Shown: piece after piece, positions 39,928 to 50,885 of the stretch
Numbering within the stretch: position 1 is the first letter of the stretch
How the letters are laid out: each line of letters opens with the position of its first letter
DNA from: Hemiscyllium ocellatum
Lineage: Eukaryota
Assembly: GCF_020745735.1 (NCBI RefSeq)
Contig: NC_083427.1
Coordinates: forward strand, 3,999,438-4,063,437
DNA: 64,000 nt
Reading direction: 5' to 3'
The notes under the pieces: model-generated
The model's input: the letters and a program-made list of their open reading frames with translations, nothing else
The model's database searches: none
Told to the model about the DNA's origin: nothing
Made by a program: the position numbers and the translations under genes

Positions 39928-39967
39928 GCAAACGTTTCGTTCCCTGGCTAGGGAACATCATCAGTGC
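39928..39967 (-). ncRNA. Minimal type I hammerhead motif, inverted copy
   Basis: Exact reverse complement of 40677-40716. Confidence 0.8.
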
Positions 39968-40676
39968 GGTGGGAGCCTCGTGTGAAGCGCTGCTTTGATG
40001 TTTCTTCCGGTATTTATATTGGTTTGTTCGTGCCGCTTCCGGGTGTCAGTTTCAGCTGCAGTGATTCGTATCTGGGGTCCAGGTCGATGTGTCTGTTGAT
40101 GGATGTTCTTGCCGTTTCCGGGTGTCAGTTTCAGCTGTAGTGGTTTGTATATGGTGTCCAGGTCAATGTGTCTATTGATGGAGTTTGGGGATGAATGCCA
40201 TGCTTCTAGGAATTCTCTGGCTGTTCTCTGTCTGGCTTGTCCTATGATAGTGGTGTTTTCCCAGTCAAATTCATGTTGCTGGTTGTCTGAGTGTATGGCT
40301 ACTAGAGAAATACCATGCAAGGACTGCACAAAACACTATATAGGACAAACAGGAAGACAGCTAACAATCCGCATCCACGAACATCAGCTAGCCACAAAAC
40401 GACACGACCAGCTATCTCTAGTAGCCATACACTCAGACAACCAGCAACATGAATTTGACTGGGAAAACACCACTATCATAGGACAAGCCAGACAGAGAAC
40501 AGCCAGAGAATTCCTCGAAGCATGGCATTCATCCCCAAACTCCATCAATAGACACATTGACCTGGACACCATATACAAACCACTACAGCTGAAACTGACA
40601 CCCGGAAGCGGCAAGAACAAACCAATATAAATACCGGAAGAAACATCAAAGCAGCGCTTCACACGAGGCTCCCACC

Positions 40677-40716
40677 GCACTGATGATGTTCCCTAGCCAG
40701 GGAACGAAACGTTTGC
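40677..40716 (+). ncRNA. Minimal type I hammerhead ribozyme motif in the Penelope pseudo-LTR
   Basis: GCA-CUGAUGA-U-GUUCCCU(AGCC)AGGGAAC-GAAAC-GUU-UGC: intact core, 7-bp stem II, stem I GCA/UGC. Confidence 0.8.
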
Positions 40717-41249
40717 AGCAAAAACTTACAGCTCGGCGAGCAGAACCACAACAATGTCCCTCTGTTTCAGGTCATTGTGTGGGAGATCCTGCTAATCTCA
40801 CATGCTATTAAAGCAGTTTCCAAAATCTATTCCTGTCAATCCAGCATAAAAACCACAATATTCCGTCTTTCTGGTCAAGGATGACCTCACATACTCCCTG
40901 TTACATACTGCCCCTCCTCAGATTAACAGTCCCTTTGCTTCAATAATGGCATCTTCCCAGGGTTATAGATTTCCTTTCCTGGGTTTTCATGTGGACTGAA
41001 GTGAGCCACAGATCTTTGGACACCCGGGGTAGAAATTGCTGGAGGAATTCAGCCGGCGGCCTCTTGAGCTCTGAAGAAGGGTCGCTGCACTCAAAGTGAT
41101 AACTCGGCTTTCTCTCCCCAGTTGCTGTCGTACCTGCTGAGCTCCTCCAGCAATGTGTTTTTGTTTCAGATTTCCAGCATCTGCAGCTCTTTCTTTGCTT
41201 TAATGTCCCATGAGATAGTAGGATGCATGGGAACAGGATTTGTTTCCTT

Positions 41250-42240
41250 TTCTTCCCTTCTGTGCCACTCCCCCCCTGCCTCATGAATAAGACATTGGGT
41301 GTGACAGGTTCATGCAGTTTCATGGACAACTTGGTCTCCACTCTAAACAATGGGTTACAAGCTCCTCCCACTCCTTCCAGACCATGCCCCCTACAAAGAT
41401 GGCGGACGCGCAGCCCATTACCCCGAACAAAGATGGCGGCAAGTCCCCGGGATCTGACACCGCGACGAAACCTTGGAGCCATTTTCTCGTTTGTTGCGAA
41501 CGGGAGGCGCGAAGGTTGCCATTTCGCGTTAGAACTGACCCAAGACGTGTACAGAACCTTCCCGCGCGTCCGCTGCCCTATCTCTCATCCCTCCCTGTCC
41601 GCCTGCTGCACGTCGTTTGCAGAGCAGACAAAGAACAGACTGACCATCGGCGGCCCGGAGAGGGGGAAAAAAAATGGCGATAGCGCATGCGCTCTTCAAA
41701 TCACCGCCAGCTGGCCTTCCACTGCGCAGGGAGGGGCAAGCAGCCCGGCGAATGATTGACGGACAGGACAGACCAATAGAAGAACGGGACGTGCCCCCCA
41801 CCTACCTCACACCAGCCAACCAATCGGAGTGAGCGAAAGGCGGGGTTAGCCATACGGCACGTGATCAACCGTCGGTCGCGCGTGTCTGTTGAAGAAGATG
41901 TCAGATGTGGGGCGGCGCAGCGCAGCGGGCAATAGATTGGGCCCGAAGGTCTCGTAAATACCCAGTGCCTACCTCCAGAGAGAGAGATAGATGAGAAGTC
42001 AGAATCTACCGGTGCCGCGTTCTCAGCAAACGGGCTGAGGGCCTCACGCGATGATCGGCTCCGGTTACCGTCGCCATCTCAACTGGGCACGATGATCGGT
42101 GGGACGCATGCGCAATAGCCATCTTTATACAGGAACGGCGCGGCAGCCATCTTTATACAGGAATGCTGCGACGTGGCGTATGCGCCACAGCCATCTTTAT
42201 ACAGGAAAGGTGCGACAGGGTGCATGCGCAGCTGTCTTTT
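41250..42240. promoter_or_regulatory. Bidirectional CpG-island promoter between the 32578(-) and 48423(+) genes
   Basis: CpG-rich; YY1 motifs at about 41396 and 41429, and three GCCATCTTT at 42118, 42146 and 42190; NRF1, CCAAT and E-box (cacgtg) motifs. Confidence 0.75.
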
Positions 42241-42359
42241 GAAAGTAGGTCATCTGGGAGGGACTTGCACACAATCAGCTCCAACCAAGAGAAATGTCGT
42301 CTGTGTTTTCTGAGAGTTTGTTTTTGTTCTCCTTCGAAACCACATTTTTTTTAAAACAG

Positions 42360-42467
42360 GCCTATAAAATGAGAACGATCTGACAATGTCATTTGTTTTG
42401 CCTGAGCCTGAATATCATCAGTCTTTGGAGGAACGAAACTCATCCGTCTGCTTCAAAAAGATTCCAG
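42360..42467 (+). other. Predicted 5'UTR exon 2 of the 48423 gene
   Basis: Pyrimidine tract with acag acceptor and cag|gttag donor; contains the leader motif cctgaatatcatcag. Confidence 0.6.
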
Positions 42468-42796
42468 GTTAGAAATGCTTCCAGATTTTCACAGTCCTGC
42501 TTAGACCACCCCTGTAGTTGTGCGTTCAGTTCCAGGCATCCCCGACCTGAGGAGGGATAAATAGGGAGCATGAATGACATCTCACCTCCAGGGGTTAAAT
42601 TTACTAGAAAGGGTCCAGCAAGTACAAACAACAAAGACTCCTCGTGGCCTGAGCTTTCAGGAGTGAATGAGGAAACACTCGTTGGTTAGTCTGAAGTTTA
42701 AATATAAGGGATTGATGAGCAACAGGTCACAAATCGGCCATGTTGGAGGCGCTGAGCAGGTCAGACAGCTTCTGTGTGGGGAAAAAGGAGAGAGAA

Positions 42797-42905
42797 CTGG
42801 AGATCAGAGTCGAAGAGTGTGGTGCTGCAAAAGCACAGCCTGTCAGGCAGCATCCGAGGTGCAGGAGAATTGACCTTTTGAGGCACAAGCCCTTCATCAG
42901 GAATG
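42797..42905 (-). mobile_element. Family A copy
   Basis: ctggagatcagagtc...aagcccttcatcaggaat. Confidence 0.68.
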
Positions 42906-43449
42906 GAGTCTGCTTCTGTGGAAGCAGAAACTGGGTCAATCTTTCAGGTCTGTGAACTAAAAGATATTCATCCCTTCAGGGTGACTCCCACATGTCTCAT
43001 TTCTCGCTCTATTCCCAAAGCCTTGCAAGTTTATTTCCTTTATTAACGAATGATCATTTCCCCTTCTGTCATTCTCATAGGTAGCGAGTTGACCACAAAC
43101 TTGCCTGTCTACCTCATTCCCAAAAACCTTAAGTCTGTGTCACCTAATATTTATGCCTTCACCATTTGGACATGGCTTTTTCTTTATCTGGGCTATAGTC
43201 TTGTACAGATCTAACAAAACTCCACAGATGTATATTCAGCGAGTGGTACATGTATGGAATTAGCTGCCAGAGGAAGTGGTGGAGGCTGGTACAATTGCAA
43301 CATTTTTTAAGAGGCATTTGGATGGGTATATGGGTTTGGAGGGATATGGGCCAGTTGCTGGCAGGTGGGACTAGATTGGGTTGGGATATCTGGTCGGCAT
43401 GGATGGGTTGGACCGAAGGGTCTGTTTCCGTGCTGTACTTCTCTATGAA

Positions 43450-43750
43450 TTCGGAGATCCACGGAGTGTTCCAGGGACCTGGGTTTGAATCCCATTATGG
43501 CAAATAGTAGAATTGAATAACAGTGAAGAATATACTGATGATCGTGGAACGGTTGTCGATTGTCAGAAAAGCCCACCTGGTTTACTAATGTCCTTTAGGG
43601 ACAGAAATTGCCATCCTTAACCTGGTCTGGTTCAAGTGTGACTCCAGGCACAGAGCAACGTGGTTAACACCTTATGCCCTCTGGATAATTGAGGGTGGAC
43701 AGTGAGCGTTGGCCTAGCCAGTGATGCCAGCATCCTGTCAATGGATTTTT
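43450..43750 (+). mobile_element. Second, older SINE-like family
   Basis: B-box-like gggtttgaatccc and core ctggtttactaatgtcctttaggg; relatives at 47370-47680(-) and 52260-52430(-). Confidence 0.55.
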
Positions 43751-44304
43751 GTTTAAAATTGGAAGTCCTGGCCACGTGACACTCAATGCTTGACATTTAC
43801 ACTTCAGATGCAGGGGATGATGTTCAACGTTTGTGTGTGAGGATCACTGTCAGGGGAATGGAGAGGAATTACCCAGTTAACCAGGGAGACAGATCGGCGA
43901 GGATGGGAATCGCTTGGGGATGGAGCGGAGGGATAACGACACATGATTGAATCAGGGAATGGGTACAGCACAGGGTCTCTCATTGTTACTTGGCAGGTCT
44001 GAGTTAAGGGTCAGGAAGCTATGAGCTGGAAGCTTACTCTGTGAAGTGCTTAGACCTGGGAGAGATGAGTCGGTGATGGGATATTGCAGCCTCTGCTCTG
44101 CCTTCTTGAATGTTTCGCTGGTGTCATGTCAGTGAGCGTTTTGTAAACCCTTGTCTTCCTGTGTTTTGCAATGTTTTCCATATTCTTGCCTGTACCCAGC
44201 TGAACGATGTCATCTGCAAGTAGCTCTGACCAACCTTCAGGTTGACCTCAGGGGCATAAATATGACTGGAGAAGCTGGGACTGTGGAAAGGAGGTTGGAT
44301 ACCA

Positions 44305-44610
44305 GGGTGGCACGGCTCAGTGGTTTACACTGCTGCCTCACAACAACAAGGGATCGGAGTTCGATTCCACCCTCGGGTGACTGTGTGCATGTCCTCCCAG
44401 TATCTGTGTGGGTTTCCCCTGGGTGTTCCAGTTTCCTCTCGCAGTCCAACGATATGCAAGTTAGGTGGATTAGCCAAGCTAAATTGCCCATTGCATCCAG
44501 GGATGGGCGGGCTAAGTGGATTAGCCATGGGAATTGCAGGGTTAGAGGGGTGGGATGGTTGTCAGGGGGTCGGTGTGGACTCTGCTCCCACACTGCAGGG
44601 ATTCTATGAT
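44305..44610 (+). mobile_element. tRNA-derived SINE, diverged
   Basis: ggctcagtggtttacactgctgcctcac...ttcgattcc. Confidence 0.75.
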
Positions 44611-44644
44611 CCTACCATACAGTTAAGCCAAGTTTCGAATAAAA

Positions 44645-44740
44645 GTTCTGATGAAGAGTCACTGGACGCGAAACATGAACTCTGCTTTCTTCCCACAGAT
44701 GCTGCCAGACCTGCTCTGTATTGCCAGCAAGTTCTGTTTC
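44645..44740 (+). mobile_element. Family D short element with a decayed hammerhead
   Basis: GUU-CUGAUGA-A-GAGUC(ACUG)GACGC-GAAAC-AUG-AAC, then cacagatgctgccagacctgct; relatives near 41070, 50080 and 51420. Confidence 0.6.
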
Positions 44741-46391
44741 CGCACCATCTGGATTCTGTGAACAGTTTTCAAGGTATGAAGTATGTCAAGAGGTTAGATG
44801 GGGATAATCTGTTCCTACTCGTATGGATGGTGAATCATGGGGCACAGATTCAAAGTGTTTTGCAAAAGAGTGAAAATGTAAGGTGAAGAAAGGCTTTTTC
44901 ACTTCGCGAATAGTTTGATTTCCGATACATTGTCTGGAAGAGTGGCAGAGGCAGGTTCAATTGAGGGATTATTTAAATGGAAACAAACTGCAGGGTTATG
45001 GATAAGGGAGTAGGAGACTGGCATTCAGTTCAAAGCTCAGAGGGATATGGACCAGGTGCTGGCAGGTGAGACTAGTTTAGGTTGGGATATCTGGTCGGTA
45101 TGGACGAGTTGGACCGAAGGGTCTGTTTCCATGCTGTACATCTCTATGATTGTATGACTTAAAGGACTGGTGCAGACGTGATGGGCTGGATGGCCTTCCT
45201 CTGCAACCACTCAGTCAAGTAGCAAACGCAGTGAGAAACTGAGCTGTTGTTGGGACCCAGAGAATTGTGGAAATGGTGTCAGCCAGGCATCACAGTGACT
45301 TAGCACTGCTGCCTCACAGCATCGGGGACCAGGATTTGACTTCATCCTTGGGTGACTGTGAGGAGTTTGCACATTTCTCCCTGTGTCCGCGGGGGGTTTC
45401 CTCTCACAGTCCAAAGATGTTTAGGTTAGGTGGATGGGCCGTAGTCTTTCATTTTAAAGAAACAAAGTACCCGGTCATGACCCGTGTGGTGCAGATTAGG
45501 TGTGTTAGTCACGATTTTATAAACTCCATGCAGGTTTACAAGGATGAGGTGATGCTGGGTTGGATGCTCTCCGGCTGGTCAGTGTAGACTGTTTGGGCAC
45601 AAAACAGGCCATATCAGAATTCTATAATTATTCAGCAGCTTTTTTTTAAAAAAAAAATCTGAAACAAAAACAAAGTGCTGAATAGGTTTAGCATATGTGG
45701 AGAGAAAGTTCTGATGAAGGGTATATGAATAGGAAGGGTTTGGAGGGATATGGGCCGGGTGCTGGCAGATGGGACTAGATTGGGTTGGGATATCTGGTCG
45801 GCATGGACGGGTTGGACCGAAGGGTCTGTTTCCGTGCTGTACATCTCTAGGACTCAATGCTAACACTCTTTCCCCCTCAGATTCTCCCAAACCTGATGAG
45901 TTTCTCAGCATTTTCTGCTTCAGTGTTTTATTGCAGGCTGATGGCAGGTCAGTGACCTGACCCTTGACTGCATTCCTCATCCCAAGAGTGTTGCAGGGCC
46001 AGATGAATGTTTCCGGTATGTTATCCTTTTTGTTTCTTCTACCTCCTTTGACGAGTTTTCTTGTCGAATAGAACTGAATCTGGGCATACAGGCGGATTCG
46101 TTAAGAGGCAGGTTTTGAATCTGGATGGGTGTAGGATGACAAGGGCAGTCCCTGACCCATTGTGCGGAAAGTCTTGATATTTTGGTTTGAGGTGGAGGAG
46201 AAGCAGCTGGCTATTTGCATTGAGGAGTTTTGAGTTACGCTGGCCCAATGTCAGATCATGAAAGGAGGTGGATTCTCATGGAGTTTAGGATTCTAAAGTT
46301 TGCACGTTCTCCTCATGTCTGTGTGGGTTTCCTCCCACAGTCCAAAGACGCGCAGGTTAGGTGGATTGGCCGTGCTAAATTGCCCATAGTG

Positions 46392-46630
46392 GAGAAAGTG
46401 AGGACTGCAGATGCTGGAGATCAGAGCTGAAAATGTGTTGCTGGAAAAGCGCAGCAGGTCAGGCAGCATCCAAGGAGCAGGAGAGTCGACGTTTCGGGCA
46501 TGAGCCCTTCTTCAGGAATGAGCCAAGGAAGGGCTCATTCCTGAAGAAGGGCTCAGGCCCGAAACGTCGACTCTCCTGCTCTTTGGATGCTGCCTGACCT
46601 GCTGCGCTTTTCCAGCAACACATTTTCAGC
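46392..46630. mobile_element. Palindromic family A element inserted into a SINE
   Basis: Two CUGAAGA-A-GGGC..GCCC-GAAACGUC cores head to head; imperfect TSD aaattgcccatagtg (46377-46391) / aaattgtccacagtg (46631-46645). Confidence 0.82.
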
Positions 46631-46964
46631 AAATTGTCCACAGTGTCCAGGGATGTGCAAACTGGATGGACTAGCCTGGGAAAATGGAGGGTTAAAGTGA
46701 TCAGGGAGCGGGTCTGTGTAGGATGCTCTTTGAAGGGTTGGTGTGGATTAGATGGGCCGAATGGCCTGCTTCCTCACTATAGGGATTCTATGATCTATGA
46801 ATTAACATGCAGATTTTCAAATATTTTTTTCATGTGTGGATTATTGACCTTTGTTCTTGTGATTTGAATGGGGCTAATCAGAGGGCCACTGTCTGAAACA
46901 CTGCACACTGTCTGGTGTACGGGCTTCCACAATTCTGTTGGATGATGTGATGCTGATTTGGAAA

Positions 46965-47265
46965 GATTAGATTAGATTAGATACCCTACAGTGTGGAAAC
47001 AGGCCCTTCGGCCCAACAAGTCCACACCGACCCTCCGAAGAGTAACCCACCCAGGCCCATTCCCTGTGTATTTTTCCCTGACTAATGTCACCTAACACTA
47101 TGGGCAATTTAGTATAGCTAATTCACCTGGACTGTGGGAGGAACCCCAAGCAGACATGGGAAGAATGTGCAAACTCCATACGGACAGTCGCCCCCGAGGC
47201 AGGAATTGAACCTGGGACCCTGGCGTTGTGAGGCAGCAGTGCTAACCACTGAGCCACCATGCCGC
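46965..47265 (-). mobile_element. tRNA-derived SINE (HE1-like)
   Basis: (gatta)n tail plus complete head on the minus strand. Confidence 0.85.
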
Positions 47266-48422
47266 CCAAGGCTGCCATACCTTCATCAATGATAAAATGT
47301 ACTTTTCTCCTGTCCTGAATATAATACAAGAATCTGAGGCATTTCATTGGAATTTTTTTAAAAATTCACTGATTGTGAGCCAGGCCAGCACTTACTGTCC
47401 GTATTTAATTGCCCAGAGAGCAGTTAAGTTGTGCAGTTTGAGAGTAGCTTCCTTCCCTAAAGAGTATTTGTTAAGGTGGATGTTATATTTCCCCCTGACA
47501 ATTATCCCCAGTTTCATAGTCATCATTATCCTCCTAATTCCCGATTATTTTTTTGAAAAAATAAATTCAAATTCCACCATCTGCCATTGTGAGGTTCAAT
47601 CTTGGCTCCCCCCGAACATTACCTGACTCTGTGGATTCTGGGTCTGGCGATTTAATACCACCAAGGCCACCGCCTCCCAATACATTACGCACTTTCACAT
47701 TGAGCTGATGATCAACTGTACAGCCAAAGAGTTAGATCCTAAGGCACATCTTAAAAGATGACAAGAGTCTCGGCAGGGAATTACAGTGTTTACAGCCAAG
47801 GCAGGGTCCAAGATAATAAGTCAATTAAAATCAGGGCCTCTGGTCAGAATGAGCAGAGCCCAGATGTTGGCTTGCAGGAGTTGAGGGCATGGAATGATTT
47901 GGAATTGTGGATGAGCATTTTTTTGAAACTGAGGTGCTGTTTAACTTTGCAACTCAGTCTGCAGAATGATGTTTGGATGAATGAGTCCATGTCACTCAAT
48001 GAGTTGGATTTACAAAACTCTGCAGCTCAATGAGCACAGTAATGGTGTGTGAATGAGCAAAGTTCTGGGGATGTGTTAAATTCTTCTCTCTGCCTCTTCC
48101 CACCTCTGTCTCCTCATGTAGTCTTGTACAAAGTCGAACTGTTTCCCTTCCCTGAAGGAGACGAGTGAACCAGGTTGGAATTTTAAGATGTGAGCTTTAG
48201 TTGTCACTTTACTGTCCAAGTATCAGCTCCAGACAGTACTTGATTTGTTTATCTCTGTCACAACCTGCATGTTCTTTTCTGAGTTCACTCTTTTTTTTTT
48301 CTCCTTATGTTTAAAATCAGTTTTACAGAAGGGGAGGATTTGCAGTCAGGAAACTCCAAACTGAGCATCACTTGACAGATTCGCTTGATTTCTCATAACC
48401 CACTTATCAGCGGATTTTGAAA

Positions 48423-49040
48423 ATGGAAGGGAAAAGTTCTGCTCACACTAGGGAGAAACTGTACGCTTGTTCTGCTTGTGGACAAGTCTTCAGTCGTTCG
48501 TCTGACTTGTCAAAGCACCAGTGCAGTCGCGCTGTGGAGAAACCGTGGAAATGTGGGGAGTGTGGAAAGGGATTCAACTACCCGTCCAAACTGGAAATCC
48601 ATCTCCGCGGTCACACTGGCGAGAGGCCGTTCATGTGCTCAGAGTGTGGAAAGGGCTTTGCTCATTATTCCAACCTGCTGTCACATCAGCGCGTTCACAC
48701 CGGGCAGAAGCCGTTCACCTGCCCACAGTGTGGGAAGGGATTCACTCGGTCATCTAATCTGCTGACACACCAGCGAATTCACACCGGGGAGAGGCCGTTT
48801 GCCTGCCTGCAGTGTGGGAAGGGATTCACTCGGTCATCGCATCTGCTGAGGCACCAGCGAGTAAACGCTGGAGAGAGACCGTTCACCTGCTCTGACTGCG
48901 GGAAGGGATTCACTCAGTCGTCCGACCTGCTGACACACCAGCGGGTTCACACCGGGGAGAGGCCGTTCACGTGCTCGGAATGTGGGAAGGGATTCACTCA
49001 GTCATCCCACCTGCTGAGGCACCAGCGAGTTCACAAGTAA
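48423..49040 (+). CDS. C2H2 zinc-finger protein, 7 repeats (5 intact)
   Basis: ATG at 48423 (MEGKS); acceptor ttttacag at 48321-48328; repeats 1 and 5 lack the last His. Confidence 0.9.
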   Translation: MEGKSSAHTREKLYACSACGQVFSRSSDLSKHQCSRAVEKPWKCGECGKGFNYPSKLEIHLRGHTGERPFMCSECGKGFAHYSNLLSHQRVHTGQKPFTCPQCGKGFTRSSNLLTHQRIHTGERPFACLQCGKGFTRSSHLLRHQRVNAGERPFTCSDCGKGFTQSSDLLTHQRVHTGERPFTCSECGKGFTQSSHLLRHQRVHK

Positions 49041-50584
49041 CTGCAGTCCAGGGATTTTGCTGAGTCGCATCCACGAACCATGGTCACCAGGATCCACTTG
49101 TGCTGTTAATAACCCCAGCCCTCTTGTCGATGTTAATACTGTTATTTAAAATTCTAACACATTTGTGGATCTGTAGGATGAGATTGAGGACATTATTCCA
49201 ACTTGCAACTTGGTAGAGATTGCAAAGTGTGTGAAAAACCGTTTTGAGTCATCGGGACTGATGAAACATCAACCAGTAGCTAAGTGATTGGATTTTCATG
49301 CTGTTGACACTCAGCTTCTTACCATGTTTTCTGGGGTCTGTTTCTGATGATGGTTATAAATACCAGTTCGGTCATATGTGTGGGATAAAATCAAATAAAT
49401 AGGCGTTCTGTTAAATACTGTTTCGATTCCTTATGATACCTTCCTCCGAAGATCTCTCTCTTATCCGGCCTCCTCCAACATCCGCTCCGGGTTTGTGGAA
49501 AACTGCTTTCTCACCAGTTTTGGATACCCTCAATCTGCAGGAGAACTTTTGAGTGACTTTGCTTTTTCTGCACCCACGATTAACCCTCAAGTCCCATTCA
49601 TCAAGGGGTCAACATTCCCTTGAGCTACTCTCTTCGCTTTTTTACACTTTTAGAACCTTATTTTTGCTATCTGTTTTTATATTTTGCGCTAGTTTTCATT
49701 CATAATTCCCTGTTTTTGTGACTTGAATTTTAGTAAACCTTTATTGATCTTTAAAAGGTTTCCCAGCTTGCCACTTGCCTTTGCCATATCATATGTCTTA
49801 GTTGTTTCTTTGTTTTGTTTGACTTCCTTGCTTTGTCATTTTTTTAATAACCTTCCCTGTCACAATCCATATTTAAGTTGTGAGCAACTGAGTAACCCCT
49901 GAAAAAGCTGCCACTGCTCCTCAACTGTCCTGTCGGAGGGACATAACCACACGAGACGATTGACCACGATAAAAACTGACAGAACTGCGGATGCTGTAAA
50001 TCCGAAACAAAAGCAGACATTTCTGGGAAAGCCCTGGCAGCATCCGGGAAGACAAATCAGCGTGAATGTTTCTGAACTTCCGAGGAAGGGTCACCGGACC
50101 TGAAACGTTCGGCTCTGATTGCTCTTCCCAGATGCTGCCAGACCTGCTGAGCTTTTCCAGCAACTTCTGTTTTTGTTTCAGTTTAACCAAGATGTAGCCT
50201 GTGCTGAAGCGTTTTCAGTTACAAAGAGATAAATGGGCAGACTGGCTTTGTGTTCCTTGGAGCAGAGGACCCTGAGGTAGGGATGTGATGGAGATGTGTA
50301 AAATTGAGGGACACACAAGGTGGACAGATGCCCTTGATGGAGAGATCAGTCACCAGGAGTCATACCTGAAAGTACAGGGTGGACAGTTTATGGAAGATGA
50401 GAGGGTAGAGGTTTTTTTTAATCCAGACAGTGTTGGGAATCTAGAGCTAACTGCCTATACTTGTGGTGGAAGCTCTCATAACATTTTAAAGTACTTTGAC
50501 ATGCACTTGCAAGACCAAGGCACACAATGCTCTGGGCTGGAAAGTAAGATAATAGTCAGGTGGTTGTCTTGTCCAGTGCTGATG

Positions 50585-50885
50585 GGGTGGCATGGTGGCT
50601 CAGTGGTTAACACTCTGCCTCACAGCACCATCGATTCCAGCCTCTGGCAACTGCCTGTGTGGAATTTGCACATTCTTCCCGTGTCTGCGTGGGTTTTCTC
50701 CGGGTGCTCCGGTTTCCTCCCACAATCCAAAGATGTGCAGGTCAGGGTGAATTGGCCATGCTAAATTGTCCGTAGTGTTAGGTGCATTAGTCAGAGGGAA
50801 ATGGGTCTGGGTGGGTTACTCTTCGGAGGGACGGTGTGGACTGGTTGGGCCGAAGGGCTTGTTTCCACACTGTAGGGAACCTGAT
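50585..50885 (+). mobile_element. tRNA-derived SINE (HE1-like)
   Basis: ggtggctcagtggttaacac head with an internal deletion; intact core and tail. Confidence 0.8.

Larger units (their letters stand above)
39855..40753 (+). mobile_element. Penelope-like element, 5'-truncated, with an inverted partial copy (GIY-YIG endonuclease fragment plus pseudo-LTR)
   Basis: ORF segment IPCKDCTKHYIGQTGRQLTIRIHEH...AREFLEAWHS is GIY-YIG-like. 39889-40303 is an inverted copy of about 40416-40753. TSD atgtccctctgttt at 39841-39854 and 40754-40767. Confidence 0.88.

Noticed and set aside
40103-40303. N-terminal half of the 175-aa ORF
   Set aside because: It is the antisense reading of the inverted arm; only the part after about 40304 is real GIY-YIG sequence.
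40940-41759. ORFs of about 180 aa on both strands
   Set aside because: Promoter CpG island plus repeat fragments; recurring PCPLQRWR or TKMA peptides are translations of the YY1 DNA motif.
48329-48422. Conserved leader as a KRAB-like coding domain
   Set aside because: In-frame stops or frameshifts separate it from the ZNF ORF in most paralogs here, so it cannot be called a fused domain.
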